A DNA stretch of 40,000 nucleotides. Origin: Bacillus licheniformis DSM 13 = ATCC 14580. GTDB lineage: Bacteria > Bacillota > Bacilli > Bacillales > Bacillaceae. A program made the position numbers and the translations under genes. This document shows, in pieces, positions 27,349 to 34,913 of this stretch (position 1 is the first letter of the stretch; every line of letters starts with the position of its first letter). The notes beneath the pieces were generated by a model, which saw only the letters and a list, made by a program, of their open reading frames with translations, had not been told where the DNA came from and did not search any database. The DNA is taken from positions 1,319,902 to 1,359,901 of the forward strand of contig NC_006270.3 of the NCBI RefSeq assembly GCF_000011645.1, written 5' to 3'.

Positions 27349-28446
27349 ATGAAAATGGTTTTCAGATGGTATGGAGAAGGAAACGACTCCGTCACCCTTG
27401 AGCAGATCAGGCAGATTCCCGGTGTGGAGGGAATCGTTTGGGCGCTTCATCATCAGCCGCCGGGTGAAGAGTGGCCATTGGAAGAAATTTTAGAAGTGAA
27501 GCGGCAGTGTGAACAGCACGGTTTTCACATTGAAGTTGTTGAAAGCGTTAACATCCATGAGGATATAAAGCTTGGGCTGCCGACGAGAGATCTGTATATT
27601 GAAAAATACAAGCGAACGATTGAAAATTTGGCCAAAGCCGGCGTAAAAGTGATCTGCTATAATTTTATGCCTGTATTTGACTGGCTGCGGACCGATTTGT
27701 ACAAAAAGGCTCCAGACGGTTCCACCGCTTTGTTCTATGAGCACGCAAAGGTGCACACAATCGACCCTTTTGCGCTTGTCGATCAAATCGCCAAGCATCC
27801 CGAATTCACGATGCCCGGCTGGGAACCGGAGCGGCTTGAGCATCTGACAAGGCTGTTTGAAGCCTATCAAAATGTGACGGAGGAGGATCTGTGGAGCCAT
27901 CTTCACTATTTTCTTGAACGCATCATTCCAACCGCCGCACGCTGCGGAATCAAAATGGCGATCCATCCCGATGATCCGCCGTGGCCGGTTTTCGGACTCC
28001 CGCGCATCATGACTTCAGGAGAAAGCATCGGGCGGCTGCTACAGCTTGTCGATCATCCGGCGAATGGCGTGACACTGTGCAGCGGTTCATTGGGCGCCAA
28101 CCCCGAAAATGATATTTCCGCCATGATCCATGCGTATGCCGACCGGATTCCATTTGCCCATATCCGAAACGTCAAAGTCTACGAAAACGGCGATTTTATC
28201 GAAACATCGCACAGAACAAAAGATGGCACAGTTGACATTTGCGGGATTGTCAAAGCCTATCATGAAACAGGTTTTTCAGGCTATGTGCGTCCGGATCACG
28301 GCCGCCACATTTGGGATGAAAAGTGCAGGCCCGGCTACGGTCTGTATGACAGGGCGCTCGGTATCATGTATTTATGGGGCATATGGGATTCGCTCAATAG
28401 AGAAAAACAGGAGGCTTCAAAATGCTTGAAATCCATGAAAATTTAG
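27349..28446 (+). CDS. uxuA: mannonate dehydratase
   Basis: MKMVFRWYGEGNDSVTLEQIRQIPG... is the typical UxuA N-terminus. About 365 aa. Confidence 0.9.
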   Translation: MKMVFRWYGEGNDSVTLEQIRQIPGVEGIVWALHHQPPGEEWPLEEILEVKRQCEQHGFHIEVVESVNIHEDIKLGLPTRDLYIEKYKRTIENLAKAGVKVICYNFMPVFDWLRTDLYKKAPDGSTALFYEHAKVHTIDPFALVDQIAKHPEFTMPGWEPERLEHLTRLFEAYQNVTEEDLWSHLHYFLERIIPTAARCGIKMAIHPDDPPWPVFGLPRIMTSGESIGRLLQLVDHPANGVTLCSGSLGANPENDISAMIHAYADRIPFAHIRNVKVYENGDFIETSHRTKDGTVDICGIVKAYHETGFSGYVRPDHGRHIWDEKCRPGYGLYDRALGIMYLWGIWDSLNREKQEASKCLKSMKI

Positions 28447-29270
28447 CGGGGAAAACTGCGGTCATCACAGGCGGCAGCGGGGTGCTTTGCGGTGCGATGG
28501 CGAGAGAGCTCGGCCGGCAGGGTATGAATGTTGCCATTCTTAATCGAACCGTTGAAAAAGGGGAACTCGTGGCCGAAGCTGTCCGAAAAGCCGGCGGCGC
28601 AGCGATTGCAGTTGAGTGTGATGTCATCAGCCAACGGAGCGTTGAACAGGCGAAACGCGTTGTGGCCGACCGATTCGGCGGCTGTGATCTATTGGTGAAC
28701 GGAGCCGGCGGCAATCACCCCAATGGCACGACATCAGATGAAACATTCAACTCCGAGCACATCTTCCAGGACAACATCAAGACGTTATTTGATCTGAACT
28801 GCGATGATGTCGGTTCTGTTCTCAATTTAAACTTCCTCGGTTCTTTCATTCCAACACAGCAATTTGCAAAAATGATGCTGAATCAAAAAGGGGCGTCCGT
28901 GATCAATATTTCTTCAATGAGCGCTCAAACCCCGATGACGAAAGTGCCTGCATACAGCGCGGCGAAAGCGGGCATCGACAATTTTACGAAATGGCTGGCC
29001 GTCTATCTGGCCGAAACGGGAATCAGGGTCAACGCCATTGCCCCGGGATTTTTCCTAACCAATCAAAATGAAAGGCTTCTTCTTGATCAAAACGGCGAAT
29101 TTACAGATAGAGCAAAGAAGATCATCTCTCACACCCCGATGAGGCGTTTCGGCAAACCGGAAGATTTGCTGGGGACGCTGCTTTGGCTGGCGGATGAGAA
29201 GATGTCCGGATTTGTTACCGGCATAACAGTGCCGGTAGATGGCGGATTTACGGCTTATGCCGGTGTCTAA
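28422..29270 (+). CDS. SDR-family oxidoreductase (UxuB/YjmF-like, putative fructuronate/mannonate reductase)
   Basis: TGGSGVLCG cofactor motif and YSAAK catalytic motif. AGGAGG 8 nt upstream. Overlaps the uxuA end by 25 nt. Confidence 0.8.
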   Translation: MLEIHENLAGKTAVITGGSGVLCGAMARELGRQGMNVAILNRTVEKGELVAEAVRKAGGAAIAVECDVISQRSVEQAKRVVADRFGGCDLLVNGAGGNHPNGTTSDETFNSEHIFQDNIKTLFDLNCDDVGSVLNLNFLGSFIPTQQFAKMMLNQKGASVINISSMSAQTPMTKVPAYSAAKAGIDNFTKWLAVYLAETGIRVNAIAPGFFLTNQNERLLLDQNGEFTDRAKKIISHTPMRRFGKPEDLLGTLLWLADEKMSGFVTGITVPVDGGFTAYAGV

Positions 29271-29296
29271 AAACACGATAAAGGGGAGGCCGGTAC

Positions 29297-30310
29297 ATGA
29301 AGCAGATTGTGTGTGAAAAGCCTTATCGTTTTAAAATGACGGATGTGAAAATGCCGGAACTAAAGGATGGGGAAGCATTGGTCCGCATCAAACGGATCGG
29401 AATATGCGGGACGGATTTTCACGCTTATTGCGGAAGACAGCCATTTTTCTCTTATCCAAGAGTGCTCGGACACGAACTGTCCGGTGAAATTGTCAGCATC
29501 GATAATTCCGGCGGAACGCTCAAGCCGGGCGATCAAGTGTCAATTATTCCTTATTTGGAATGCGGGGCATGCATCGCCTGCCGGAACGGACGCCCCAACT
29601 GCTGCGTCAATCTGAACGTCCTCGGTGTCCATACAGACGGGGGAATGCGGGAATACATAAACGTCCCGGCAGACCACCTGCTAAAAACAGAAGGATTGAC
29701 GCTCAGCGAAGCTGCTGTTGTTGAATGTTTAAGCATCGGCGCCCACGCTGCAGAAAGGGCAAATATCAAAAAAGGGGAAACGGTGCTTGTTGTTGGAGCG
29801 GGGCCCATCGGGCTCAGCGTGATGAAATTCGCAAAATTGAAGGGTGCAAAAGTCATCGCGATGGATGTCAGAAAAGAGCGCCTCACATTTAGCCGCAGAT
29901 GGGCTGAAGCCGATGAAGTCGTATTAGGGGGAGAACATGCGGCTGATGAGATCAAACGGTTGACGAACGGCGACTTTCCGACGGCTGTCTTTGATGCGAC
30001 AGGGCACCCTGCATCGATGAACAGCGCTTATCAGTACGCCGCACACGGGGGACGGCTGATCTATGTCGGACTTGTCAACGACCATCTGGCTATGCCCGAT
30101 CCTGAAATCCACATGCGGGAGCTGACGATTTTATCCAGCCGCAACGCATTAAGAAGAGATTTTGAGACGGTGATGAAAGCCATCATGGATGGCGGAGCGG
30201 ATGCGAACCGGTTTGTGAACGGACAGATGGCGTTTCACGATGTTGTTGACGGATTTCAATCAGCGCTTGCTCCGGAAACCAATCCTGTGAAAGTGTTGAT
30301 CCATCTGTAA
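29297..30310 (+). CDS. Zn-dependent medium-chain dehydrogenase 2
   Basis: GICGTDFH...GHE, CGACIAC, GAGPIG motifs. 337 aa. Confidence 0.85.
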   Translation: MKQIVCEKPYRFKMTDVKMPELKDGEALVRIKRIGICGTDFHAYCGRQPFFSYPRVLGHELSGEIVSIDNSGGTLKPGDQVSIIPYLECGACIACRNGRPNCCVNLNVLGVHTDGGMREYINVPADHLLKTEGLTLSEAAVVECLSIGAHAAERANIKKGETVLVVGAGPIGLSVMKFAKLKGAKVIAMDVRKERLTFSRRWAEADEVVLGGEHAADEIKRLTNGDFPTAVFDATGHPASMNSAYQYAAHGGRLIYVGLVNDHLAMPDPEIHMRELTILSSRNALRRDFETVMKAIMDGGADANRFVNGQMAFHDVVDGFQSALAPETNPVKVLIHL

Positions 30311-30321
30311 GATCGCACGAA

Positions 30322-30336
30322 ATGAAAGCGTTTTCT
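30322..30336. promoter_or_regulatory. cre-like (CcpA) site upstream of the MFS gene
   Basis: ATGAAAGCGTTTTCT fits WTGNAANCGNWNNCW at all 15 positions. Confidence 0.4.
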
Positions 30337-30362
30337 AAATTTCGGAAAGAGGGGGGTTGGCC

Positions 30363-31634
30363 ATGTTTTCAAACGGCCGCGGGTTTGTCATCGTGATGCT
30401 TTTTTTGGCGGGAGTGATTAATTATTTGGATCGTTCGGCATTGTCTGTCGCCGCTCCTTTTATTCAGGAAGATTTGAACATACGTCCGGCGCAGATGGGC
30501 ATGCTGTTCAGCAGTTTTTTCATCGGATATGCCGTCTTTAATTTTATCGGCGGCTGGGCATCAGACAAATACGGAGCGAAACATACGCTGTCGGCTGCAA
30601 TGGTCGTATGGTCGGTTTTCAGCGGCGCTATTGCACTGACATATAATTTCGTTTCACTGTTTATCATCCGCGTCATTTTCGGCATGGGGGAAGGTCCGCT
30701 GTCAGCGGCAACGAGCAAGTCGGTCAACAATTGGTTTCCGCAAAAAGAAAGGGCAAGAGCGCTCGGCATGACAATGTGCGGAACGCCGCTCGGCGGAGCC
30801 GTTTCAGGTCCGATCGTCGGATTGATCGCGATCCATTGGGGGTGGAAGGCTTCCTTTGTGTTGATCATGATCATCGGGCTTGTTTGGACTTGCTTCTGGA
30901 TGAAATTCATGAAAGATAAGCCGGCTGATTCCGGCAGTTTGTCTCCTGAAAAGGAAGCGCGTCCGAAAAAGGATACCGGCATCCCGCTGTCTTTTTATTT
31001 GAAGCAGCCGACCGTGCTGTTTACGGCGTTCGCGTTCTTTTCCTACAACTATATTTTGTTCTTTTTCTTAACATGGTTTCCGAGCTATTTAACGACAGCC
31101 CGGGGGCTGAGCATTCACGATATGAGCGTTGCAACGATTATACCGTGGGTTGTCGGATTTCTCGGTCTTGCGCTTGGGGGATTTATTTCAGATTATCTGT
31201 TCAAGCTGACGGGCAAACAGATGTTTTCCAGAAAAGCCGTGCTTGTGTGCTGCCTTTTGGCTGCAGCGGTATGCATTGGATTTGCCGGGCTTGTCACTAC
31301 CGCGTTTGGAGCTGTTGCACTTGTCGCATTATCGGTTTTCTTTTTGTATTTGACCGGCATCACATACTGGGCGATTATACAGGATATCGTTCATCCGGAC
31401 AGGGTCGGGGGCGTGAGCGGATTCATGCATTTTCTTGCCAATACATCCGGCATTATCGGTCCGACGGTTACAGGGTACATCGTCGAGTACACCGGAGCTT
31501 TCACAAGCGCCTTTTTGCTTGCGGGAGGGCTGGCGGTGGCAGGTTCTATTTGCGTCGCTTTGTTTGTGAAACCGATACGTTCTGAAAGGCTGCCTCAATC
31601 TGTAGGAGAAGGCGGACAGGGGCATCCTTTATGA
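30363..31634 (+). CDS. MFS transporter, anion:cation symporter type (hexuronate/aldonate transporter-like)
   Basis: 423 aa with about 12 hydrophobic segments. N-terminal LDRSALSVAAP motif typical of ExuT/DgoT-like carriers. ATG 30363 after GAGGGGGG. Confidence 0.85.
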   Translation: MFSNGRGFVIVMLFLAGVINYLDRSALSVAAPFIQEDLNIRPAQMGMLFSSFFIGYAVFNFIGGWASDKYGAKHTLSAAMVVWSVFSGAIALTYNFVSLFIIRVIFGMGEGPLSAATSKSVNNWFPQKERARALGMTMCGTPLGGAVSGPIVGLIAIHWGWKASFVLIMIIGLVWTCFWMKFMKDKPADSGSLSPEKEARPKKDTGIPLSFYLKQPTVLFTAFAFFSYNYILFFFLTWFPSYLTTARGLSIHDMSVATIIPWVVGFLGLALGGFISDYLFKLTGKQMFSRKAVLVCCLLAAAVCIGFAGLVTTAFGAVALVALSVFFLYLTGITYWAIIQDIVHPDRVGGVSGFMHFLANTSGIIGPTVTGYIVEYTGAFTSAFLLAGGLAVAGSICVALFVKPIRSERLPQSVGEGGQGHPL

Positions 31635-31650
31635 TGCTCCTGTAGACATG

Positions 31651-31682
31651 AAAATAACCCCCTTCTCAGCAGAGAAGGAGGG
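31651..31682 (-). terminator. terminator-like hairpin for the minus-strand spoIIS genes
   Basis: On the - strand: CCCTCCTTCTC / loop TGCT / GAGAAGGGGG, followed by TTATTTTCATG. Confidence 0.5.
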
Positions 31683-31696
31683 TGAAAGTCCAAGCT

Positions 31697-31828
31697 TCAC
31701 GGTTTGTTTTTTCTTCTGTTCAGCGTTTTAATGATTTTTTCGCTTCTTCTTCTGAGAAGAGAGGTATAGTCTGACAGGCCGAATTTTGCGAAATCGACGT
31801 GTTTGACTTGTTTTTTCAGTTTTTTCAC
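31697..31828 (-). CDS. spoIISC: small basic protein (43 aa), candidate SpoIISC-like second antitoxin
   Basis: Manual translation: (GTG)MKKLKKQVKHVDFAKFGLSDYTSLLRRRSEKIIKTLNRRKNKP. AGGTGA 4 nt upstream. Position downstream of spoIISB as in B. subtilis. Confidence 0.4.
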   Translation of the reverse strand: MKKLKKQVKHVDFAKFGLSDYTSLLRRRSEKIIKTLNRRKNKP

Positions 31829-31894
31829 AGCATCACCTAATTCAGCGGTTTAGTTGATTGGTTTATTGTATGTAAGAAACGGGAAAACGGAATA

Positions 31895-31921
31895 AGGACG
31901 GGAGAATTTTTTTCCCGTCCT
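31895..31921 (-). terminator. hairpin directly after spoIISB
   Basis: AGGACGGGA (31895-31903) / TCCCGTCCT (31913-31921), a perfect 9-bp stem. T-rich flanks on both strands. Confidence 0.45.
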
Positions 31922-31923
31922 CG

Positions 31924-32097
31924 TTAAGCTTTTTTTCTTTTATACTCGCCGATCAGCCGTTCGTTTTGCCGGAAAATCCGTTCGGTATAGGGGCTGACTT
32001 CGTATTTCGCGATATTGGTTTTGGATTGCCTTTTAAACATTTTAAAGGCGAGGCGCTTTTTTACGCTTTCCTGGTCTTGCTGAAAAGCAGGCTCCAT
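31924..32097 (-). CDS. spoIISB: SpoIISB antitoxin (57 aa)
   Basis: Manual translation: MEPAFQQDQESVKKRLAFKMFKRQSKTNIAKYEVSPYTERIFRQNERLIGEYKRKKA. The ATG overlaps the spoIISA stop (TGATG). The C-terminus matches my memory of B. subtilis SpoIISB (...NERLIDEYKRKKA). Confidence 0.7.
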   Translation of the reverse strand: MEPAFQQDQESVKKRLAFKMFKRQSKTNIAKYEVSPYTERIFRQNERLIGEYKRKKA

Positions 32098-32843
32098 CAG
32101 TCGTCACCTTCCTCTTCGTTTGGTAGCAGAAGATCATAGATGCTTGTTAAAGAAGTAAACAGGAGATAATCAAATTCTGTGACAAGGTCTTCTGAGGTTA
32201 ACTTCATGACATAGTCAAAATCGTGGATGGAAAAAGGAATGAGGACCATTTTTCCGTTTTCTTCATAATAAACGTCTTTGCGGTCAAGCTTTTCTTGAAC
32301 ATCGAACCGGTTTTCCATATGCTCAAGCAAATGATCCTTGCTTTCTTCTGAATTATATTCGCAAAGTGCAGCGGATATATTCATTTTTTCGGCAAACCGT
32401 TTGATGAGCTTTTCGATGCCTTCTGCATACGCTTCTATATTTCCATAATAGATGTGGATCGGTTCGTTTTTCAATAGGTATTGAAACGTTTTCAGCCTGT
32501 TTTGATACGTGTGGAGGAGGTCGTTGTTTTCTTCGAGAAGCATTCTTGTATCTGTCGCGAGTTCAGAGCTGCCGAGCTTTTTAAAGTAGGCATTTAAGAA
32601 AATAAAAGCGTCTGTCAACGTGAAAAAAACGGCAACGATCAGGTAATGAAGCGGGTTTGTGAAAATTGACTGCGGATCGTGCGTCCAATATATCACGGCG
32701 CCGATGACATAAAGAAGGTACCACGTTTTTCTGATGGCGACCGTTTTTTCGGCGAGCTGTTTTTCAAAACGCCACACGGCAGCTACGTACAGAGCCAGCG
32801 CCAAAACAATAAGCCAAACAAGGAATTGATAAAATAGCAGCAT
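32097..32843 (-). CDS. spoIISA: SpoIISA membrane toxin
   Basis: 248 aa with three N-terminal TM segments and a cytoplasmic domain. Strings KNEPIHIYYG and TEFDYLLFTSLTSIYDL match my memory of B. subtilis SpoIISA. Lies next to pit, as in B. subtilis. Confidence 0.85.
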   Translation of the reverse strand: MLLFYQFLVWLIVLALALYVAAVWRFEKQLAEKTVAIRKTWYLLYVIGAVIYWTHDPQSIFTNPLHYLIVAVFFTLTDAFIFLNAYFKKLGSSELATDTRMLLEENNDLLHTYQNRLKTFQYLLKNEPIHIYYGNIEAYAEGIEKLIKRFAEKMNISAALCEYNSEESKDHLLEHMENRFDVQEKLDRKDVYYEENGKMVLIPFSIHDFDYVMKLTSEDLVTEFDYLLFTSLTSIYDLLLPNEEEGDD

Positions 32844-32910
32844 AACTTGTTTCCCTCTTCCCGAGAAATAGTGCAGTTCCTATTTCTATTGTTATGCCGG
32901 CTTTCTTTTA

Positions 32911-32945
32911 AACATGAAAACTCCCGTCCTAGATTCGGACGGGAG
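32911..32945 (-). terminator. intrinsic terminator after pit
   Basis: On the - strand: CTCCCGTCC / loop / GGACGGGAG, followed by TTTTCATGTTT. Confidence 0.7.
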
Positions 32946-32953
32946 TGTGCTGA

Positions 32954-33952
32954 TTAAAAGAATAAATCAAGTATGAAATAGGCAAATGCACCGATGGTTG
33001 CCGAAATGGGAAGGGTAATGACCCAAGTGATCAGCATCCGCTTTGCGGTGCCCCAGTTTACGCCTTTCACCCGGTGGGAAGCGCCCACGCCTAAAATGGA
33101 TGAAGAAATGACGTGTGTCGTGCTGACAGGCAAATGGACGATCGTCGCGCCAAAGATGATGAGGGCTCCCGTCAAATCTGCAGAGACACCGTTGACGGGA
33201 CGGATCTTCATGATTTTTCCGCCGACGGTTTTGATGATTTTCCAGCCGCCGACAGATGTTCCGAGTCCCATGGCCATGGCGCATGCAAACTGCACCCAGA
33301 ACGGGATGTCGGTTGTACTGTGCAAGTTACCCGCGATTAAAGCCATCGTAATGATACCCATCGCTTTCTGTGCATCGTTCGTGCCGTGCGTATAGGACTG
33401 AATGGCAGCTGTCGCGATTTGAACGCGCCGAAACCGCTTATTCGTTTTTGCCAGATTGCTGTTCTTAAAAATGACTTTGACGATGCTGTAGATCAAATAT
33501 CCTAAAACAAACGCCAAAATGGGCGATAATATAAGTGCTTCAATAATTTTAATAAATCCGTGGTATTTAATCGCGGCAAATCCTTCCGATGCGATGACAG
33601 CTCCGGCAATCGCTCCGATGATCGCATGGGATGAGCTGCTGGGAATCCCGAAATACCAGGTCACTAGGTTCCATGTAATGCCGGCGATAAGAGCGGCAAG
33701 GATCACGACCGATCCGTTTTCAAGCTTGAAAGGGTCGGCGATGTCGCTTGTAATTGTTTTGGCTACGCCTGTGAACGTCATGGCGCCGGCGAAGTTCATG
33801 ACAGCGGCCATAATAATGGCATGCCTTGGTTTTAACGCTTTTGTCGATACCGAGGTGGCGATCGCATTTGCCGTATCATGAAAGCCGTTGATAAAGTCAA
33901 ATGCCAAAGCAAAGATGACAATCAATATGGTTAATACAAATAAAAGATCCAT
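32954..33952 (-). CDS. pit: PiT-family low-affinity inorganic phosphate transporter
   Basis: 332 aa polytopic protein. Duplicated signature GFHDTANAIATSV / THGTNDAQKAMGI. Confidence 0.9.
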   Translation of the reverse strand: MDLLFVLTILIVIFALAFDFINGFHDTANAIATSVSTKALKPRHAIIMAAVMNFAGAMTFTGVAKTITSDIADPFKLENGSVVILAALIAGITWNLVTWYFGIPSSSSHAIIGAIAGAVIASEGFAAIKYHGFIKIIEALILSPILAFVLGYLIYSIVKVIFKNSNLAKTNKRFRRVQIATAAIQSYTHGTNDAQKAMGIITMALIAGNLHSTTDIPFWVQFACAMAMGLGTSVGGWKIIKTVGGKIMKIRPVNGVSADLTGALIIFGATIVHLPVSTTHVISSSILGVGASHRVKGVNWGTAKRMLITWVITLPISATIGAFAYFILDLFF

Positions 33953-33964
33953 TATAATCCCTCG

Positions 33965-34582
33965 TTACGCATTTTTCATTATGATGGTTTCTAAATTGTT
34001 TGCTACACTTTGGCATGAATCTGCGATTTCTTCAAGCGTCTCATAGATTTCTCTGTACTGGATCACTTTAATCGGATCTGTCTCTTTACCGAAAAGATTT
34101 TTCAGCGATTTGCGGTGCAGGTTATCGCAGTTATGTTCGTATTCTTTAATTTTAATGGCGTGCGGCTGAATTTCTTTCAGGCGATTTTCCGCCAGCAATT
34201 CGATCGTCACCAGAATTTCTTTTGCGCATTCTCTGATATAGCCGCTGAATTTGTCAATATGCTCATCTGAAGATGTGATCGAGAATATTTCCATCATGGC
34301 TGAAAAGTGCTCGATGCCGTCGAGTACATCATCGAGGCTGTTTGTAAGCTGAAGGATGTCTTCGCGTTCAATCGGCGTGATAAATGCTTTGTTCAGCTCC
34401 TTAATCATCGTATGTACATAGTTATCTCCTTTTGTCTCATACTCTTTTAAGGTATCCGCGAATTCTTTAAGGGTTGTCTGATTCGTCACTTTATAGTTAA
34501 CAAAATACTCAGCTGTTTCATCTAAATTTTTTGCAATTTCCGTCAAAAGCACGGAAAACTTGTCTTTTTTTCTTTTCAACAT
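33965..34582 (-). CDS. ykaA: Pit accessory protein (DUF47/PhoU-like)
   Basis: 205 aa from the ATG at 34582 (RBS GGAGGG). The upstream extension in the ORF track (to 34714) lacks an RBS. Immediately upstream of pit. Confidence 0.85.
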   Translation of the reverse strand: MLKRKKDKFSVLLTEIAKNLDETAEYFVNYKVTNQTTLKEFADTLKEYETKGDNYVHTMIKELNKAFITPIEREDILQLTNSLDDVLDGIEHFSAMMEIFSITSSDEHIDKFSGYIRECAKEILVTIELLAENRLKEIQPHAIKIKEYEHNCDNLHRKSLKNLFGKETDPIKVIQYREIYETLEEIADSCQSVANNLETIIMKNA

Positions 34583-34806
34583 TTGTAACCCTCCATTGTT
34601 TAAATGAGACAATGCACACATCAAAATATTATATAACTTTTTGTCGAAAAAAAACAGGTGCAGTCGAAAAAAACAATTAATTTTCAAATCGTCATACCTT
34701 TTAGATAGGCGCAAGCACCAGCTGGCATCCGGGATTTTAAGATGACAATAGGCGATTTTTCCTTTGATATCATCGTTCCAAAAGAACGGATCTCAGGATC
34801 GTTTCG

Positions 34807-34852
34807 AGAAATTTGGGAGTTTAGGTTCAAAAAAATAGAAAATTGGGAGTTT
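34807..34852 (+). promoter_or_regulatory. 16-nt direct repeat pair upstream of ggt
   Basis: AGAAATTTGGGAGTTT (34807-34822) and AGAAAATTGGGAGTTT (34837-34852), spaced 30 bp apart, just upstream of a weak TTATTT-17 nt-TATAGT promoter-like sequence. Confidence 0.3.
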
Positions 34853-34913
34853 TTCTTATTTTCAGTCCGCTTTCCTGTTATAGTAGTAATAAACTGGAAA
34901 GGAAGGTGATCTG

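Noticed and set aside
30464-30982. 172-aa minus-strand ORF inside the MFS gene, and similar ORFs inside pit (32967-33881)
   Set aside because: These are antisense or alternative frames of polytopic membrane protein genes with clear transporter signatures.
33965-34714. 249-aa version of ykaA from the ORF track
   Set aside because: The first 44 codons have no RBS and run into the promoter region. The ATG at 34582 follows GGAGGG and gives the expected 205-aa protein.
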